From Octopus sinensis (Eukaryota): a stretch of 64,000 nt of DNA. The position numbers and the translations under genes were made by a program. Below are positions 49,688 to 62,497 of this stretch, one piece after another. The DNA lies in assembly GCF_006345805.1 (NCBI RefSeq), contig NC_043002.1, forward strand, positions 62,558,001 through 62,622,000, in the 5' to 3' direction. The notes beneath the pieces are model-generated. The model ran no database searches, had not been told where the DNA came from, and saw only the letters and a list, made by a program, of their open reading frames with translations. The first letter of the stretch is position 1; each line of letters opens with the position of its first letter.

Positions 49688-52600
49688 AATAATAATAACA
49701 ATAATGATAATAATAATAATAATAGTAGTAGTAGTCGTATTTTTGAATACGGGGAATTATAAACAAGCAAAAACTTGTTCAAAACACTTCAGTTGGTAAG
49801 GTATATCACATCGTGCGGCATAACCGCCTTTTAAATTTTACGGTTTGACAAACACTTCATCGACAAAACACATGCTATGCATCAATGTAAGCCAGGATGA
49901 ATCTTGAAAGCAAACGGTAGTGCATTATCTACACGAGCACATCATTAGCATCTGCCTAACTTAATTAGCATTGCACTAATTGCTGTATAAAATATGGGAG
50001 GGCTTTCCGCCGCATCCTGTATAAAGGTGAAGTAGCTGCATTAATGTTTTAATGACAGACACGTTCTTTTGTATGAAGATTCATCGATAATATATGAATT
50101 ATATATTATATTGTATGAATATGCATCGGTTAATATAGATTAGTGTGTCGTACATTTAAAACAAAACGAAACATGAATATTATAAATTGTTGGCCTGATC
50201 CGAAACGTCTACAAATAGTGTTCTTGAACATTAACGAAAGGAACACTCCATATATTCGATCAACGGAGCTGATTTATTTATTGAATTTACAACACAAGTG
50301 GCTGCATATTCCACAAACACGTGTGCACTTAACATGATAATTCTCATTCTGTGACAACGCTGGACCTGTGAATTACTGCGACAATTTATCCGATCCGATG
50401 GGCTTCCGTACAATTTCTATCTGCTCCCCAATTTAAACCACAAGGTACGGAGATTTAACTGCATAAGAAACGAAATCGATGGAGCACATTTCTGTAGTTA
50501 TGCACCAAAAACAAATTCCTGAAGACAAAGGGTGGAATTATCCCCGAAGTAATTTTATTTTTTATCGTAATTTGTATTTTACTTCATCAAAACGCACGAG
50601 AAATACAAGTCTAGACGTATGATTTATCCAAAATTCCGGTGATCCTTCGGAGGTGGTACCGCAAAACTGAAATGATCATAGTTCTGTTTGCACCTTCCGT
50701 GCAAACTTTTTGTTTCTTTCATTTGTTTTTTGAACTCACACAGATCTATACATACACGTAAGTACATATACTTAAACATATACACACGTACTAAACACAT
50801 ACGTACAAACAAAAAATACATCAACATGAGCGTTTCGTGAAACAATATATCTAGGTGTTTGAGTGTATGCTTGACTGTTCAGCTCGCTCGTGGATATGAA
50901 AGACAATAGACGTATATATGTGTGTATGAAAGAGAAAACGTTTATGCGACCGTGTGTTTCACTGTTCAGCTGAAAAAGACTCCATTTTTCAGACAGTTTT
51001 GAGGAAACCGTTGGTGGGACAACATTTCGTACATATGCCGGTACGGGGCAATTCAAAGTTATGTTGAAAAGACACTGACTCGAAAAGCCACGCCCTTTGA
51101 TCGAATCCGAGACAATACAGCTGCAAGGCAAAGTTCTTAACGATTCGGCTATACATTTCTCCAGATGCATATAGCATAGAGAATAAGCTGACCGCAATGC
51201 TCCGTCAATCCTTCTGCTTGTTTATAGACATTATTAAACACGAATGCTGAATTTGAAATAACAGAAAATTTTGTTGGGGTTTTGGAATCGCCATCACTAC
51301 CCCAAGCAGCACGGAGGCGAAATTCAGGTTTAAACACCTCAGAATACTTTTTCTTTTTTTTTTTTTTGCGAATTTGTTTTCAAAAAGTTGAAATTTTAGA
51401 ATTAATGGGATAGGTGTGGGGAATTAACGAGTTGAAAAAAAATTGCGTAATCGTATGAATTCTCGTGTGTAGAACACAAATTCACAAACATTTTCCGAAA
51501 ATTCCAGTAACTAAAATAAATTGAGGGGATATATGGTACGCTTAAACCAGAATTCTGCCGGCAAGAAAATAAAGGTGCAGGAAGGCATAAAAAATGCCAA
51601 AATCAAAAAATTTTTTTTTGTGGCGGGGGCTGCTTTTTTTCTATCAGACTTATATTCCCTGGAATATTAAAATATTAAGAGGATCGTCCCCTTCTCACTG
51701 AGATAGCGGCGATTACTATTCAGTTTTCTTCCAGGGTAGGCCCCACGTCTCACTTCGACTTCATTAAATATAATTTGCTTTTTTTCTTTTTAAATCTAAT
51801 TAATTTTATGTAAACAGTTAATACAAATTATTCAAAGTGAGGCTCTTGGAAAACTTACAAATTTGAAATCTCGATTGAGGCTTTCGTTTAATTAATTACA
51901 CCATAATAAATCCGTCACTAGCAAGTGAAAAAAAAAAATCTCTCTGGTGCTATGCCCACGTGGTTATTTTGCATGATGGTCGATCCCGGTGACGGAGTTT
52001 CTGCGCATGTACCTCATTAGAATAACATTATCCATAGATTCTCACAGATTTCCGAGTGCTTTGTTATGACATTTCGAGTCAAATCGAAAGAATACCTATT
52101 TCATCATTTTGCAAATTCGTTCTTTTTTTAGCTTTTTTTTTGTTCCACAAATTTTCGAAAAACAAAACGTTAAGTGGGGCGAGGTGTTGCCGTTTTCTGA
52201 ATCTCCGTCATGAGGTTTTGGCTATCCTTATCCCCAAAGGGAACAAAAAGAAATTGTTAGAGGAGACTAACTGTGGGTATGTCGACATGAGTAGTACACT
52301 AACACCTTGATAGTCTCCCCTTATTTAATGAATGACGAAGCTCCTGGCGGAAACCACGTGACTCTGCTTTTACTTTTATGTTTTATTGTCATAACTTATG
52401 AGACACTTGGAGTGAGTGCCGTTACCTAGTTGCTCGATCTGCTAGAAATAGCAGCTTAATCTCCCTTAGGCCAAATTGTATAAAGCGAGTGCAACATTGC
52501 ATGTGGTAGTCGGAAATACAGTGTGCATGAAAAAAAGTCAGATATTCACAAACAGATCGTCTTTGATCACAAGTTTTCCTGGGACTTCATTAACTGCATA

Positions 52601-53947
52601 TATTTTGATTAACCTCTAATAGGATGTGTCACATACATAATACTCTTTGAGTTAATTTATATACCATTTGTGCTTTGTTTTCGCGATTCGAAATTTTTTG
52701 ACAGAGTCGTTAACGGGTTACGAAAAAATACCTTGTATTTTCCCCAGCTCTTCATATTGTGAGTTCATATACCATTGGATTAATTTCTACATTCATTGTC
52801 TTGGTGTTCTGGGGTCGGTGGTATCGACTGCCCTCAAGAGTGTGGTCTTATGCCTAACTCTGAAATATGGCACAGGATTGGCTGAATCGATAGCATTTGA
52901 AAAAGTGCTTTTGCCGTATTTGTTCCGGCCCTTTACATTTTGAGTTCAAATTCCAACAAACTCGGTCAAATAAATTATCTTCCCAAATATAAGGGCTGAT
53001 AATATCGACTTAGCTTTTTCCCTCGAAATTATTAACCTTCTGCCTAGATCAGAAACAAACTTCACTAAAAAACTCACCGACTACCGTAAACATAAGCTTG
53101 CATGATTTAGGGTCCCACAATCAACAGTTCAGGCTCTTACAATCTAGGTCCCCCGCAGGTCTCTAGGTCCGTGTACCCACATGATTCAGCATAGAACCTC
53201 TGTTAATAATTTTCACCCAGAGAATCGTGGACAGAGGTTAAGGGCCTGCGTGATTTTAAATTTAAATGACACAATGGCAAAACAGAAGAGGAAAAAAACG
53301 TCAGTACGAGAGAGGAGCCAATGAGGTTACAGAAGTCTGGGAAACTACTGCTTTGTGTGGTTGCTCGGCCTGTTATAAAGGGCCACCAAAATACTTCAAA
53401 TCACACCCTATCTAGCATCTTTAAAAACAGGAAGGACATTGCTGATTTTTTTACAAAGAAAGGGAGTTATCAAAACTGAAATGCGTTTGATCATTTCTTC
53501 TCCATCAGAACTGACCCGACTCTAAACTTGACGAACACCGTGTGTGTGTGTGTGTGTGTGTATTGTTTGCTTTTATGTCGAGCTATAATAGAAACAACTT
53601 AACATGAAACTCAAGAATTACTCATTTCATTATGTAGAGTAGATATCCATTATACTCTTACAAAAAGTGGGGTGATAGTGTCTTAGAAGTTACGACTTGC
53701 TAACCTTTCAGCTGATCCTAATTTATGTGAGGTTGAGCAGTATCTCTCGTAGGTGTTGTAGTCATGGTAAAAAAAAAGGTGCAAAAAAATTATGTTTATG
53801 AAAATTAAGAAGGGTTTAAAGTTGTCCAAACGCCATAGCAGTAAAAGATGGATCGCGTAGAAGCAAATTCTATTTTGCTTTTTAATTAAGCTATAGGAGA
53901 GAAGATTAGTGTTCCCCCGCCAAAATGTCATTAATATTTGCGGTCGA

Positions 53948-54348
53948 GAAGGCGGCGAGCTGGCAGAAACGTTACCACGCCGGGCGAAATACGTAGCCGT
54001 ATTTTGTCTGCCGTTATGTTCTGAGTTCAAATTCCGCCGAGGTCGACTTCGCCTTTCATCCTTTCGGGGTCGATAAATTAAGTACCAGTTACGCACTGGG
54101 ATCGATATAATCGACTTATTCCGTCTGTCTGTCCTTGTTTGTCTCCTCTGTGTTTAGCCCCTTGTGAGTAGTAAAGAAATAGGTATTTCGTTTGTCTTTA
54201 CATTCTGAGTTCAAATTCCGCCGAAGTCGACTTTGCCTTTTATCCTTTCGAGGTTGATAAATCAAGTACCTGTTGCTTACTGGGATCGATCTAATCGACT
54301 GGCCCCCTCCCCCAAAATTTCGAGCCTTGTGCCTAGAGTAGAAAAGAT
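53948..54348 (+). mobile_element. SINE family B, full length, plus a second B-box unit
   Basis: aaggcggcgagctggcagaaacgttacc.., restarting at gagttcaaattccgccgaagtcgac at ~54208. Confidence 0.92.
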
Positions 54349-54746
54349 TATTTGCAGTCGGGGTATGCGGGTATTTGTCACTTACAGAACTATTTGGGGG
54401 TGGGTAAGTCTGTAAATTACCCTTAACACTTGCTGCTTAACAACTCAAAAGAAGTAAAGTAAAAGCTAGATTAATTAGATATAATTAAACCAATAATTAA
54501 TTAATCAAATATACCTTGGATAGTAATTAACGTAACACTAGGGTGCTATTTTACTTGATTGAAAATTTCTTGGCTTTCGGCATTAAGTATTTTAGCAGCC
54601 ACTTTGTAATTAGGTAATTAATAAATCAACTCCTAAAAAATTAGCAAAACACTTCGTTTCCAACATTTAATGCGGCCCTGTATTCGTTCCTCTACTCATT
54701 CCCACATGTGTTATGTCACATGGCTTTAAGAGTAACAATGATTGAT

Positions 54747-55098
54747 AGGAGTGGCTGTGTGGTAAGAAGTATTTCTTTGTTTGTCCCCAACCACACACGG
54801 CTCCGGGTTCTGTCCCACTGCATGGCATCTTAGGCAAGCGTCTTCTATTACAGCTTCGGGCCGACTAAAGCCTTGTGAGTGGATTTGGGAGACGGAAACT
54901 GAAAGAAGCCCGTCGTGTGTGAATGTATGTGTGTGTGTATGTATGTATGTTTATCCTTCACCACCGCTTGAGAAACTTTGTTGGTGTGTTTACTCCCTGC
55001 AACTTAGCGGTTCGGCAAAACAAACTCATAGAGTTAAATACCAGGCTTTAAATAAAAAGAACAAGAGTCGATACATTCGACAAAAAATTTCTCAAGCA
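54747..55098 (+). mobile_element. SINE family A, diverged
   Basis: aggagtggctgtgtggtaagaag..gccttgtgagtggatttgggagacggaaactgaaagaagcccgtcg. Confidence 0.8.
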
Positions 55099-55445
55099 TA
55101 GTTTCAGGTTAACGACTCGTATTTATTTGGTTTTATCGTTGGTTGTCACATTTGAAGAGCTCCGTGAGAATGAAATAATTTGACCTCATTACTAGACTAA
55201 TAATAGCTTAGTTCGTTTTATCAGTCTCAGCAAGAAGTACCGAGGTAGTCTGTATTTGTTTGCTAGCTTGACCTCATAGAAATAACTTAAATACTTATTG
55301 GTTATCCTTATCATCAAGTGCACAGGCTTAGAGGTCAACGCTACTCTTGAGGTGTTTTTGCACGGCCGGTTTTGCAGTGTTGTAGCCAGAATGCTTACCA
55401 CCCTAGGCAACCCTTCAGTTTGCTACCCCACTTGTTCTCCTTATA

Positions 55446-55682
55446 AAGGGTGTTCAAAAAGTTCCTCCGCAATGAACGTTTTTCATCCTGACTCTTCAAG
55501 ATGCATTTCAAAACATGTGTTAAAGAATCGACTTATATATTGAAAATGAAGGACGACACTTTCAACACATCTTATAAAGTTTTTTAAAGTCTTGTAAAGT
55601 CTAATATATTCTTCTATTATACCATCTTATATTTATTTTGAAATAAAATACTTAACAGTAGAGAGACCTTTTGAACACCCTA
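55446..55682 (+). mobile_element. Tc1/mariner MITE of the same family as 304-543, opposite orientation
   Basis: TA|aagggtgttcaaaaagtt ... gagagaccttttgaacaccct, with the internal relic ..IENEGRHFQHIL*. Confidence 0.8.
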
Positions 55683-57153
55683 CACAACTTATGCAACAAA
55701 TCCCTAAAGTGCTGGCCCCACAAAAGCCTGCGGGTAAATAGTATTATCTCGGCTTATATGTATTTGATCAAGCTGAGTTGACCTGGGGTTATATGACAAT
55801 AATTATTGAGGCCATTTCTCGCGAAAGGTTTTCCCCATAGCTATTAATAAAATAAAAAATAAAAACAAGGCAAAATTAAGTTAGTCCTTGCCTAGGAATT
55901 GAACTCAAAATATAAACGTAACTAAATGTTCTGCCATCTACCTCTGTGGATTTGTTCCTTTGGTGGTCAGAGTGATCTTGAACTTATGGGGTTCCTTCAT
56001 TAATTTTCCAGTGTCAGGTTGTCAAGCGGCGATCACACACACACACACTTCTTTCACTTTCCGTCTACCAAATGCACTCACAATGCTTTGGCCGGCTCCA
56101 GGCTATAGTAGAAACCACTTGCCCAAGGTGCCACGCAGCGGGACTGAATCCGGAACCTAAGCCTGTTTAATTTTTATCGCATTTTCCCTGTCCTCACACT
56201 TCCCTCACATCTTTTTTTTTTTTTACCAAACCTTCCGCGAACAAATTCTAAACTGTCCCTCACAATGTCCCCCTTCACCTGATGGCCGTTTGGCAAATAT
56301 ATATATATATATATAAAAAATTATGATAATAATCTTTGATTTTATTTAATCTCGACATTAGTTCATATATTTGGGCGGGGAGGTGAATCATCGATTTGGC
56401 CGACCTCATTTAAGCAAAGGTCAACCCGGCGTGGATTTAACACACTTTCTCTTAACGTGAAAGGATTTAATATGCATGTCCGGCCTTCTAATGTTTCAGA
56501 CACCATTTTGCACTAATTAAAAGTCAATTGAATTAACTCCAGCCTCAGGCTAACTTTTATTGCTGGTTGAAAAGCAAAATAAACTTTGTTGGATGGATGG
56601 ATAGATAAATAGATAGTGGTGCCCCAGCATGGCCACAACCAATGGTAGACAAGTAAAAGTGTGTGTGTATGTATACAGTCACACTGATTGAAACGGCTGT
56701 AAGAAGCGAAGTTGAGCAGTTTGTTAATAATAAATAATTGTTAACTTCCTTATCTCCATTTTCTTTTAACTATATGCTTAATATATACCTGTTGTTTTAA
56801 GGGAATTTGTTACCCCAATAATACAAGGTACTGAATTAGAAATAACAAAAGTCAAAAGGACGTACACGTGGAATGTATGAACTTAACGTTTTGCATGAGA
56901 TAAAAAGAAAATCGAAGGCGTATAACGTTTGTAGTATGGCTCTTCGTCAGAATCAGGAGAGATGAAACGTCCGGGTGCATCATTCAGTGCAGATGCTAGA
57001 AGGGTCAAAACGATTGCAGTGATCGATTAAGATTCTTGTATATTCCATCTGCCGTCTCCCTCATTAATTACTTACCTGACGAACACTGAAGCAGCGAACG
57101 TGCTTCACCTGTAAACTATCAGATGTATACCATAAGCTTTATTAACTACTGAC

Positions 57154-57188
<35 letters not shown>

Positions 57189-57376
57189 ATGTGTGTATGT
57201 ATATATATATATATAATGTGTGTATGTATATATATATATATAATGTGTGTATGTATATATGTATGAATGTATAGTAGAATGTTACGAAAGTAACTCAACG
57301 GCTGAAAGTTTGATACATGGGACCATGCACGAAACTTGACTTTTTGTCATTTTCGTAAGACACTGCCGATTTAAAA

Positions 57377-57618
57377 TATTATTTACATTCGATGGATATT
57401 TGTCCTCATCTTGTTTGTTGTTAACACAACGTTTCGACTGACATACGCGCCAGCCTCCATCAGGTGTCTTGGGAAAATTTCGAACCTGGGTTCTCATTCC
57501 TAAGGCATTTTTCGATGTTCTTATAATCATCATTATTATTATTCAGATTACTGCCTGGAATCGAACTCGGAATCTTGGGGTTAGTAGCCTGCACTCTTAA
57601 CCACTACGCCATATGCCC
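57377..57618 (-). mobile_element. Hammerhead-SINE family H1, full length (left member of a head-to-head pair)
   Basis: The reverse complement begins gggcataTGGCGTAGTGGttaagagtgcaggctactaaccccaagattccGAGTTCGATTCCaggcag, followed by (AAT)n and a body with a hammerhead. Confidence 0.92.
57423..57468 (-). ncRNA. Minimal type-I hammerhead motif (H1); the only copy with intact stems I and III and the GUU triplet
   Basis: GACAC-CUGAUG-GA-GGCUG(GCGCGUAUGU)CAGUC-GAAA-CG-UU-GUGUU. One core substitution is present (CUGAUGGA versus CUGAUGAA). Confidence 0.7.
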
Positions 57619-57889
57619 ATGGCGTAGTGGTTAAGAGCACGGGCTACTAACCCCAAGATTCCAAGTTCTATTCCAAGCAGTGGCCTGAACAACAACAACA
57701 ACAACAGTAATAATAATAATAATAATAGTAACATCGAAAAATACCTTAAGAGTGAGAACCCAGATTCGAAAATTCCCAGGACACCTGATGAAGGCTGGAA
57801 GATATATCAGCCGAAATGTGTTAACAACAAACGAGGTCAAATATCCGTCAAATGTAAATAATTTCTCATCTCTTAAATATAGAACTGTA
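57619..57889 (+). mobile_element. Hammerhead-SINE family H1, near full length (right member of the pair)
   Basis: atggcgtagtggttaagagcacgggctactaaccccaag..(AAC/AAT)n..acatcgaaaaatacc..gacacCTGATGAAGGCTGG..CAGCCGAAA-TGTGTT..tcatctcttaaatatagaactgta. Confidence 0.92.
57780..57822 (+). ncRNA. Hammerhead motif (H1) with a 3-nt deletion in stem III/cleavage site
   Basis: GACAC-CUGAUGA-A-GGCUG(GAAGAUAUAU)CAGCC-GAAA-U-GUGUU. Confidence 0.65.
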
Positions 57890-58528
57890 GTTTATGTACT
57901 GGGGTTTAATTCTCCTGCTTGTTCTTGCTTGCGTGCGCGCACACACGGTTTCTGGCCTGGTGACCTTGCACATTAACTGCACTGGATTTGAGGGATCCTC
58001 TAATTAGCCGTCAACATCTATGAGATAGATACTATGGTTCCGGAACTCCTTGTCTCCTTTGCCTTCGATAATAAGAGTCGCTGCAGTGTTCCGCAAACAG
58101 ATTTCGACTTAAACTCTGCACCGACATCACTCATAATTATTTTGGAGTTTTTAATGGTGCCCACACTCGTTGAACAAGAGTGGGGAGCCATCATATATAA
58201 TAAACAAAAGGACAGCAAAAAACGTTTATTCAAAAGCGTAAAAGGCGCCGATCAGAAACTAATAATATATGTTACTTTTCAACCTGCAACTTTAGCGGGC
58301 GTGTATAAATTATTATATGAAGTACTCTCAAGTAACAATGATATTTCTACTCTTCTTTGTTGTATTGAGACTAGATGATATTTATTTAACCTTCGATAAA
58401 CCCTGCTCAAGCCAACTTGTCATTAAAGTTCTTCCAAAAGTGACTCTCCCCGTCTGTTTCTGTCCAGTTTTTTCTAGGACTAAACCTTACTGTGTATCGT
58501 ACATATATATTTTTAAAAAATAAGATAG

Positions 58529-58947
58529 GGATCTTTTCGGTTTGAACGGCAGTTTTTTAAAATAATTTCCACGTAACTAAACACTTTTAAAATTCGTATA
58601 CTGGTAGAATGTGTTTATAAAACATCTTTTTCTCTTGGCTTTATTGAGAAAATTCTATATTTTGTAAAATATATTTGTTGTTTTTTTCTTCAATTTCAAC
58701 CAATCATTGACGTCCATTGAGGTAAACAACATTCTGTGCCGTATGAATATGTCCCTCGTTTAAGAAACAGATTGGGTTTATTTACATTTGTGAAGAAAAA
58801 AAGATACCCTTCCTCCACCCCTAACCCTAACTAACCTTAACCCTAAAATAGATTGAAATGCAATAGATCGATACTAGGGTCATAATTATGAGTGACAATT
58901 TCATATGACATCGCTAGAAAAAACTGCCATTCAAACCGAAAAGATCC
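58529..58947. mobile_element. MITE with 30-bp TIRs and an 8-bp TSD, Merlin-like (GG termini)
   Basis: TIR GGATCTTTTCGGTTTGAA(C/T)GGCAGTTTTTT (1 mismatch). TSD TAAGATAG at 58521-58528 and 58948-58955. The superfamily is inferred from the GG ends plus the 8-bp TSD. Confidence 0.9.
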
Positions 58948-59076
58948 TAAGATAGGATTTGAAAAGGACTTTGCTGCTATTTCTAGCAGCTAGAATACCC
59001 ATATAAATGAACCATACTGAATTCCTCCCTCCCTCTCTCATATATATATATATATGTATAGTTCAGGTTGTCGAAC

Positions 59077-59225
59077 ATGGATGTGAACAACGACCTGCAG
59101 TACAAAACGGAAGGCGACCTCAGAACAGCGATATGCTGGTCGTCTCCCCGAACGTATCTACGAAATTACGGAAGTATAGCGATTTATTTGTTTATAAAAT
59201 TTACTATAAACGGAAATGAAATGAC
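59077..59225 (+). pseudogene. Possible Tc1/Tc3-like transposase C-terminal relic
   Basis: QYKTEGDLRTAICWSSPRTYLRNYGSI..LF..NG resembles the Tc3-type YxTVxxLKxxILxAW..YLxxLxxSM..RLF pattern. The match is weak. Confidence 0.3.
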
Positions 59226-59794
59226 TTTAACTAGTCTTAGCAATCACACACTCCATAGATTACTATTTACATTGCACGCTTGTACAAAGATTCTAAGGTA
59301 GGTCCCATTTTTTTATGAAATATACCAGAAAAAAAGTAATTAAATCGGTTTAATTAATCCCAGTAGTTATTGTATCTCAGGTCGTTGTTTACATATTCGA
59401 CATACACACACGCACACACATATGCATATTACCCACATACATCGCTCTGTTATCAGTCACTGTCACTACGGTAACCACCTGTTGTTAGTTATCTCCCTTT
59501 GTCACTTGTCGCTGACGACATTTATTTTAAGTCGTCACACCTTTGTGGTGCAGCGAGGGACAAAAAATATAAACGGCCCCCAGTTTACCACAACAGAAAA
59601 CAGCACGACCTCACTATTGTACCTGAACCTATATATATATATATATAACTTTTACTCTTCCTTAGATTCACGTTTACATTAATTAAAGTGTCCTGCCTTA
59701 ATTTTGTTTCCCTCTTTATATATATATTTATACATATAGATAGTTAGATACTAATCTCGAACAGAGAGAGTGAGTGCCTCCACAAATACTGTGT

Positions 59795-59844
<50 letters not shown>

Positions 59845-59845
<1 letters not shown>

Positions 59846-60044
59846 TTTATTTTAAGCAGCAGAAAATTCAACAAAATCTGTTACTCTGAGTTTCTCGTTG
59901 CCGTTCATCTGATGAACGGCAACGAGAAACTCAGAGTAACAGATTTTGTTGAATTTTCTGCTGCTTAAAATAAAGCATATTACTCTACCACTGGTATTTG
60001 AGTACTCTTTTTTCCACCTTGTTTCACATTTATGTGTTTACTCC

Positions 60045-60045
<1 letters not shown>
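59845..60045 (+). mobile_element. Hammerhead-type element, family H4, with a perfect 5' fold-back, between (TA)n tracts
   Basis: Palindrome at 59845-59975, followed by a unique 3' extension to ..gtttactccgg|tatata. Confidence 0.8.
59909..59942 (+). ncRNA. Hammerhead-like motif (H4)
   Basis: CUGAUGA-A-CG(GCAA)CG-A-GAAA-CUC(A)GAG-UA-ACAG: a GNRA-capped short stem II, stem III ACUC/GAGU and a GUA triplet. The 5' strand of stem I is replaced by the inversion, and the first stem II pair is an A-A mismatch. Confidence 0.6.
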
Positions 60046-60088
<43 letters not shown>

Positions 60089-60869
60089 ATATATATGTAT
60101 ATATATCGTTTTGGGATTTGGTTTGCAAGTTTCTTTATGTGAGTTCGTGTGTTGAAGCATATTCTGTTGTGTCTGGAGAGAGGAAATTTTACTGGTGAGT
60201 GTGTTAAATTATAGGGCACCAAAAGAGAATGACCCCAGACATAACAGAACATACATATATATAATGTGTGTGTGTATCTATATATTCTGACGATTTTTTT
60301 TTTTTTGTATATATATACTCATTCATAATAAATGGCAGTTTGGTGCCCTGTTCGCGAAATGGTTCCCTCATAACTTCCTGAAATACACATAGTTTGTTAA
60401 TGAACTTTTGCTCAGATTCGTTTCCGGCGGTGTAAAATAACAATTATGGCGGTAAAATATTTAGAAACATTAATGTTTCAGATCGTTTAATTCTTCCCTC
60501 GCCTGAGACGTTCTTACTAATTCTTCGTAACTAGTTTTTTTTTTTCCTCCATAGTTCTGTTTCTAAATATCAACATTTCCAAATCTACTTTCTCAAAAGC
60601 TTACTGCTGCAAAATGTCATTAAAAAAAAAATCTATTTTAAAGAGTTATAAAAAAATTAAGTTGAGATGGGAAAAACTAGGATGTGAAATTATTTCAAAT
60701 GTATAAGTAATAACATTATAATGAACAAAAATAATAATGTTAACATCGTTCCGTCGTGACTTTCTGCAAATAAAATGATAAATGCATATTAAATGAAATT
60801 TTGCCGAAACAGGTTTTCGGGGGCGAAGATTATTGTTATTATTTTTATCACTTCGTCCGTCGTTGTAGA

Positions 60870-61150
60870 CGATGATAAAGAATATTACACGGGATAAGAA
60901 GACGGGGTACGATATGTTTGGCTGTTGCCAATGTACCCCATGCATGCCCGGAAGTCTCTGCCGCAGGTCGGGTACTGGTGGTGGTCGTGATGGGTGGTGT
61001 CTGTTGGACTGAAAAGCAGAGTTGACTCTGTATTTGCTTAGTTCGCGTTTTCTTTATGCCTCTAATAACCTCAGTCGCTTGACGTTTTTCAACCACACTA
61101 CGTTAGGCATGTGATGCCTTCACGCAGACTCCTTCGAGGTGTTTTGTCTG
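60870..61150 (-). mobile_element. RTE-clade LINE 3' end, decayed
   Basis: Minus strand VEKRQATEVIRGIKKTR.., then YPTCGRDFRACMGYIGNSQTYR, resembling the RTE terminal CPTCGRxFRARIGLISHxRTH zinc knuckle. Confidence 0.55.
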
Positions 61151-61564
61151 AATCGCATCATTAATATTCATAATCAGCATGACACCTATTTCTATAAATA
61201 TTGATCATATTGATCACTGTTTAACTTGCCAAATGTGGAGAATATGCTTCTGCGAAGAAGTCTGGAAATACCAAAATATGTCGGTTGTTTTCATCAGTTG
61301 TCTTTTAAAAACCACATCCACCCCAACCTGCTTTGTCTGTATTCTTTGCAGTAGTAGAAAAACTTAGTACCAACTGCATAGTTTCTGGCATTCATTTATG
61401 TGTGTGTGTGTATATATATACTTACAAGGTGAGCAAAAGTGTGCATGGAACGCTATATGTATATATATAAATCTCCAAAATGGAACGAGAATGCATCAAA
61501 CAACAATAAAACATCCGAATAGGTAGACGATATAGAGACGGACATGAAAAACACAAGGACGGGT

Positions 61565-61810
61565 CATATATATATATATATATATATATGTATATGTATA
61601 TATATGTATATATGTATATATTTAGTATATAGTATATATATTGTATATATGTATATATATGTATATATGTGTATATATATATGTATATATATATGTATAT
61701 GTATATATATATGTATATTGTGGATATATATAATGTATATTATATATGTATATATTGTATATATATATGTATATATGTATATATATGTATATATGTATAT
61801 ATATAGTATG

Positions 61811-61864
<54 letters not shown>

Positions 61865-62063
61865 TGTATATAATATATGTATATATATATATGTAATATA
61901 TATATATATGTATATAATATATATAATATATATAATTATATATGTATATATATATATATGTATATGATATATAATATGTATATATATATATGTATATATA
62001 TATATAGTATATGTATATATATATATGTAATATATATATATATATTATATATATATGTATATG

Positions 62064-62102
<39 letters not shown>

Positions 62103-62160
62103 GTATAATATATATATATGGTATATGTATATATATATATGTATATATATTATATATATG

Positions 62161-62196
<36 letters not shown>

Positions 62197-62442
62197 ATGT
62201 ATATATATATATGTATAGTAGTATATATATATATGTATATATATATGTATATGTATATATATATGTATATATGTATATATATGTAAGTATATATATATGT
62301 ATATATATATATATATGTATATGATATATATATATATGTATATATAATATATGTATAGATATATATTATATATATATGTATATATATATGATATATATAG
62401 ATATATAGATATATATAGATAGTATATATATATATATAAGTG

Positions 62443-62497
<55 letters not shown>

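Noticed and set aside
57613-57690. tRNA-like sequence with A/B boxes and a CTACTAA loop
   Set aside because: There is no pairing acceptor stem and it runs into a SINE body, so it is a SINE head and not a tRNA gene. The same holds for the heads at 17960-18044, 26575-26647, 31545-31603 and 44707-44776.
58034-58378. 114-aa non-repetitive ORF
   Set aside because: No recognisable domain, no ATG start in the sequence (alternative start codon), and no splice context.
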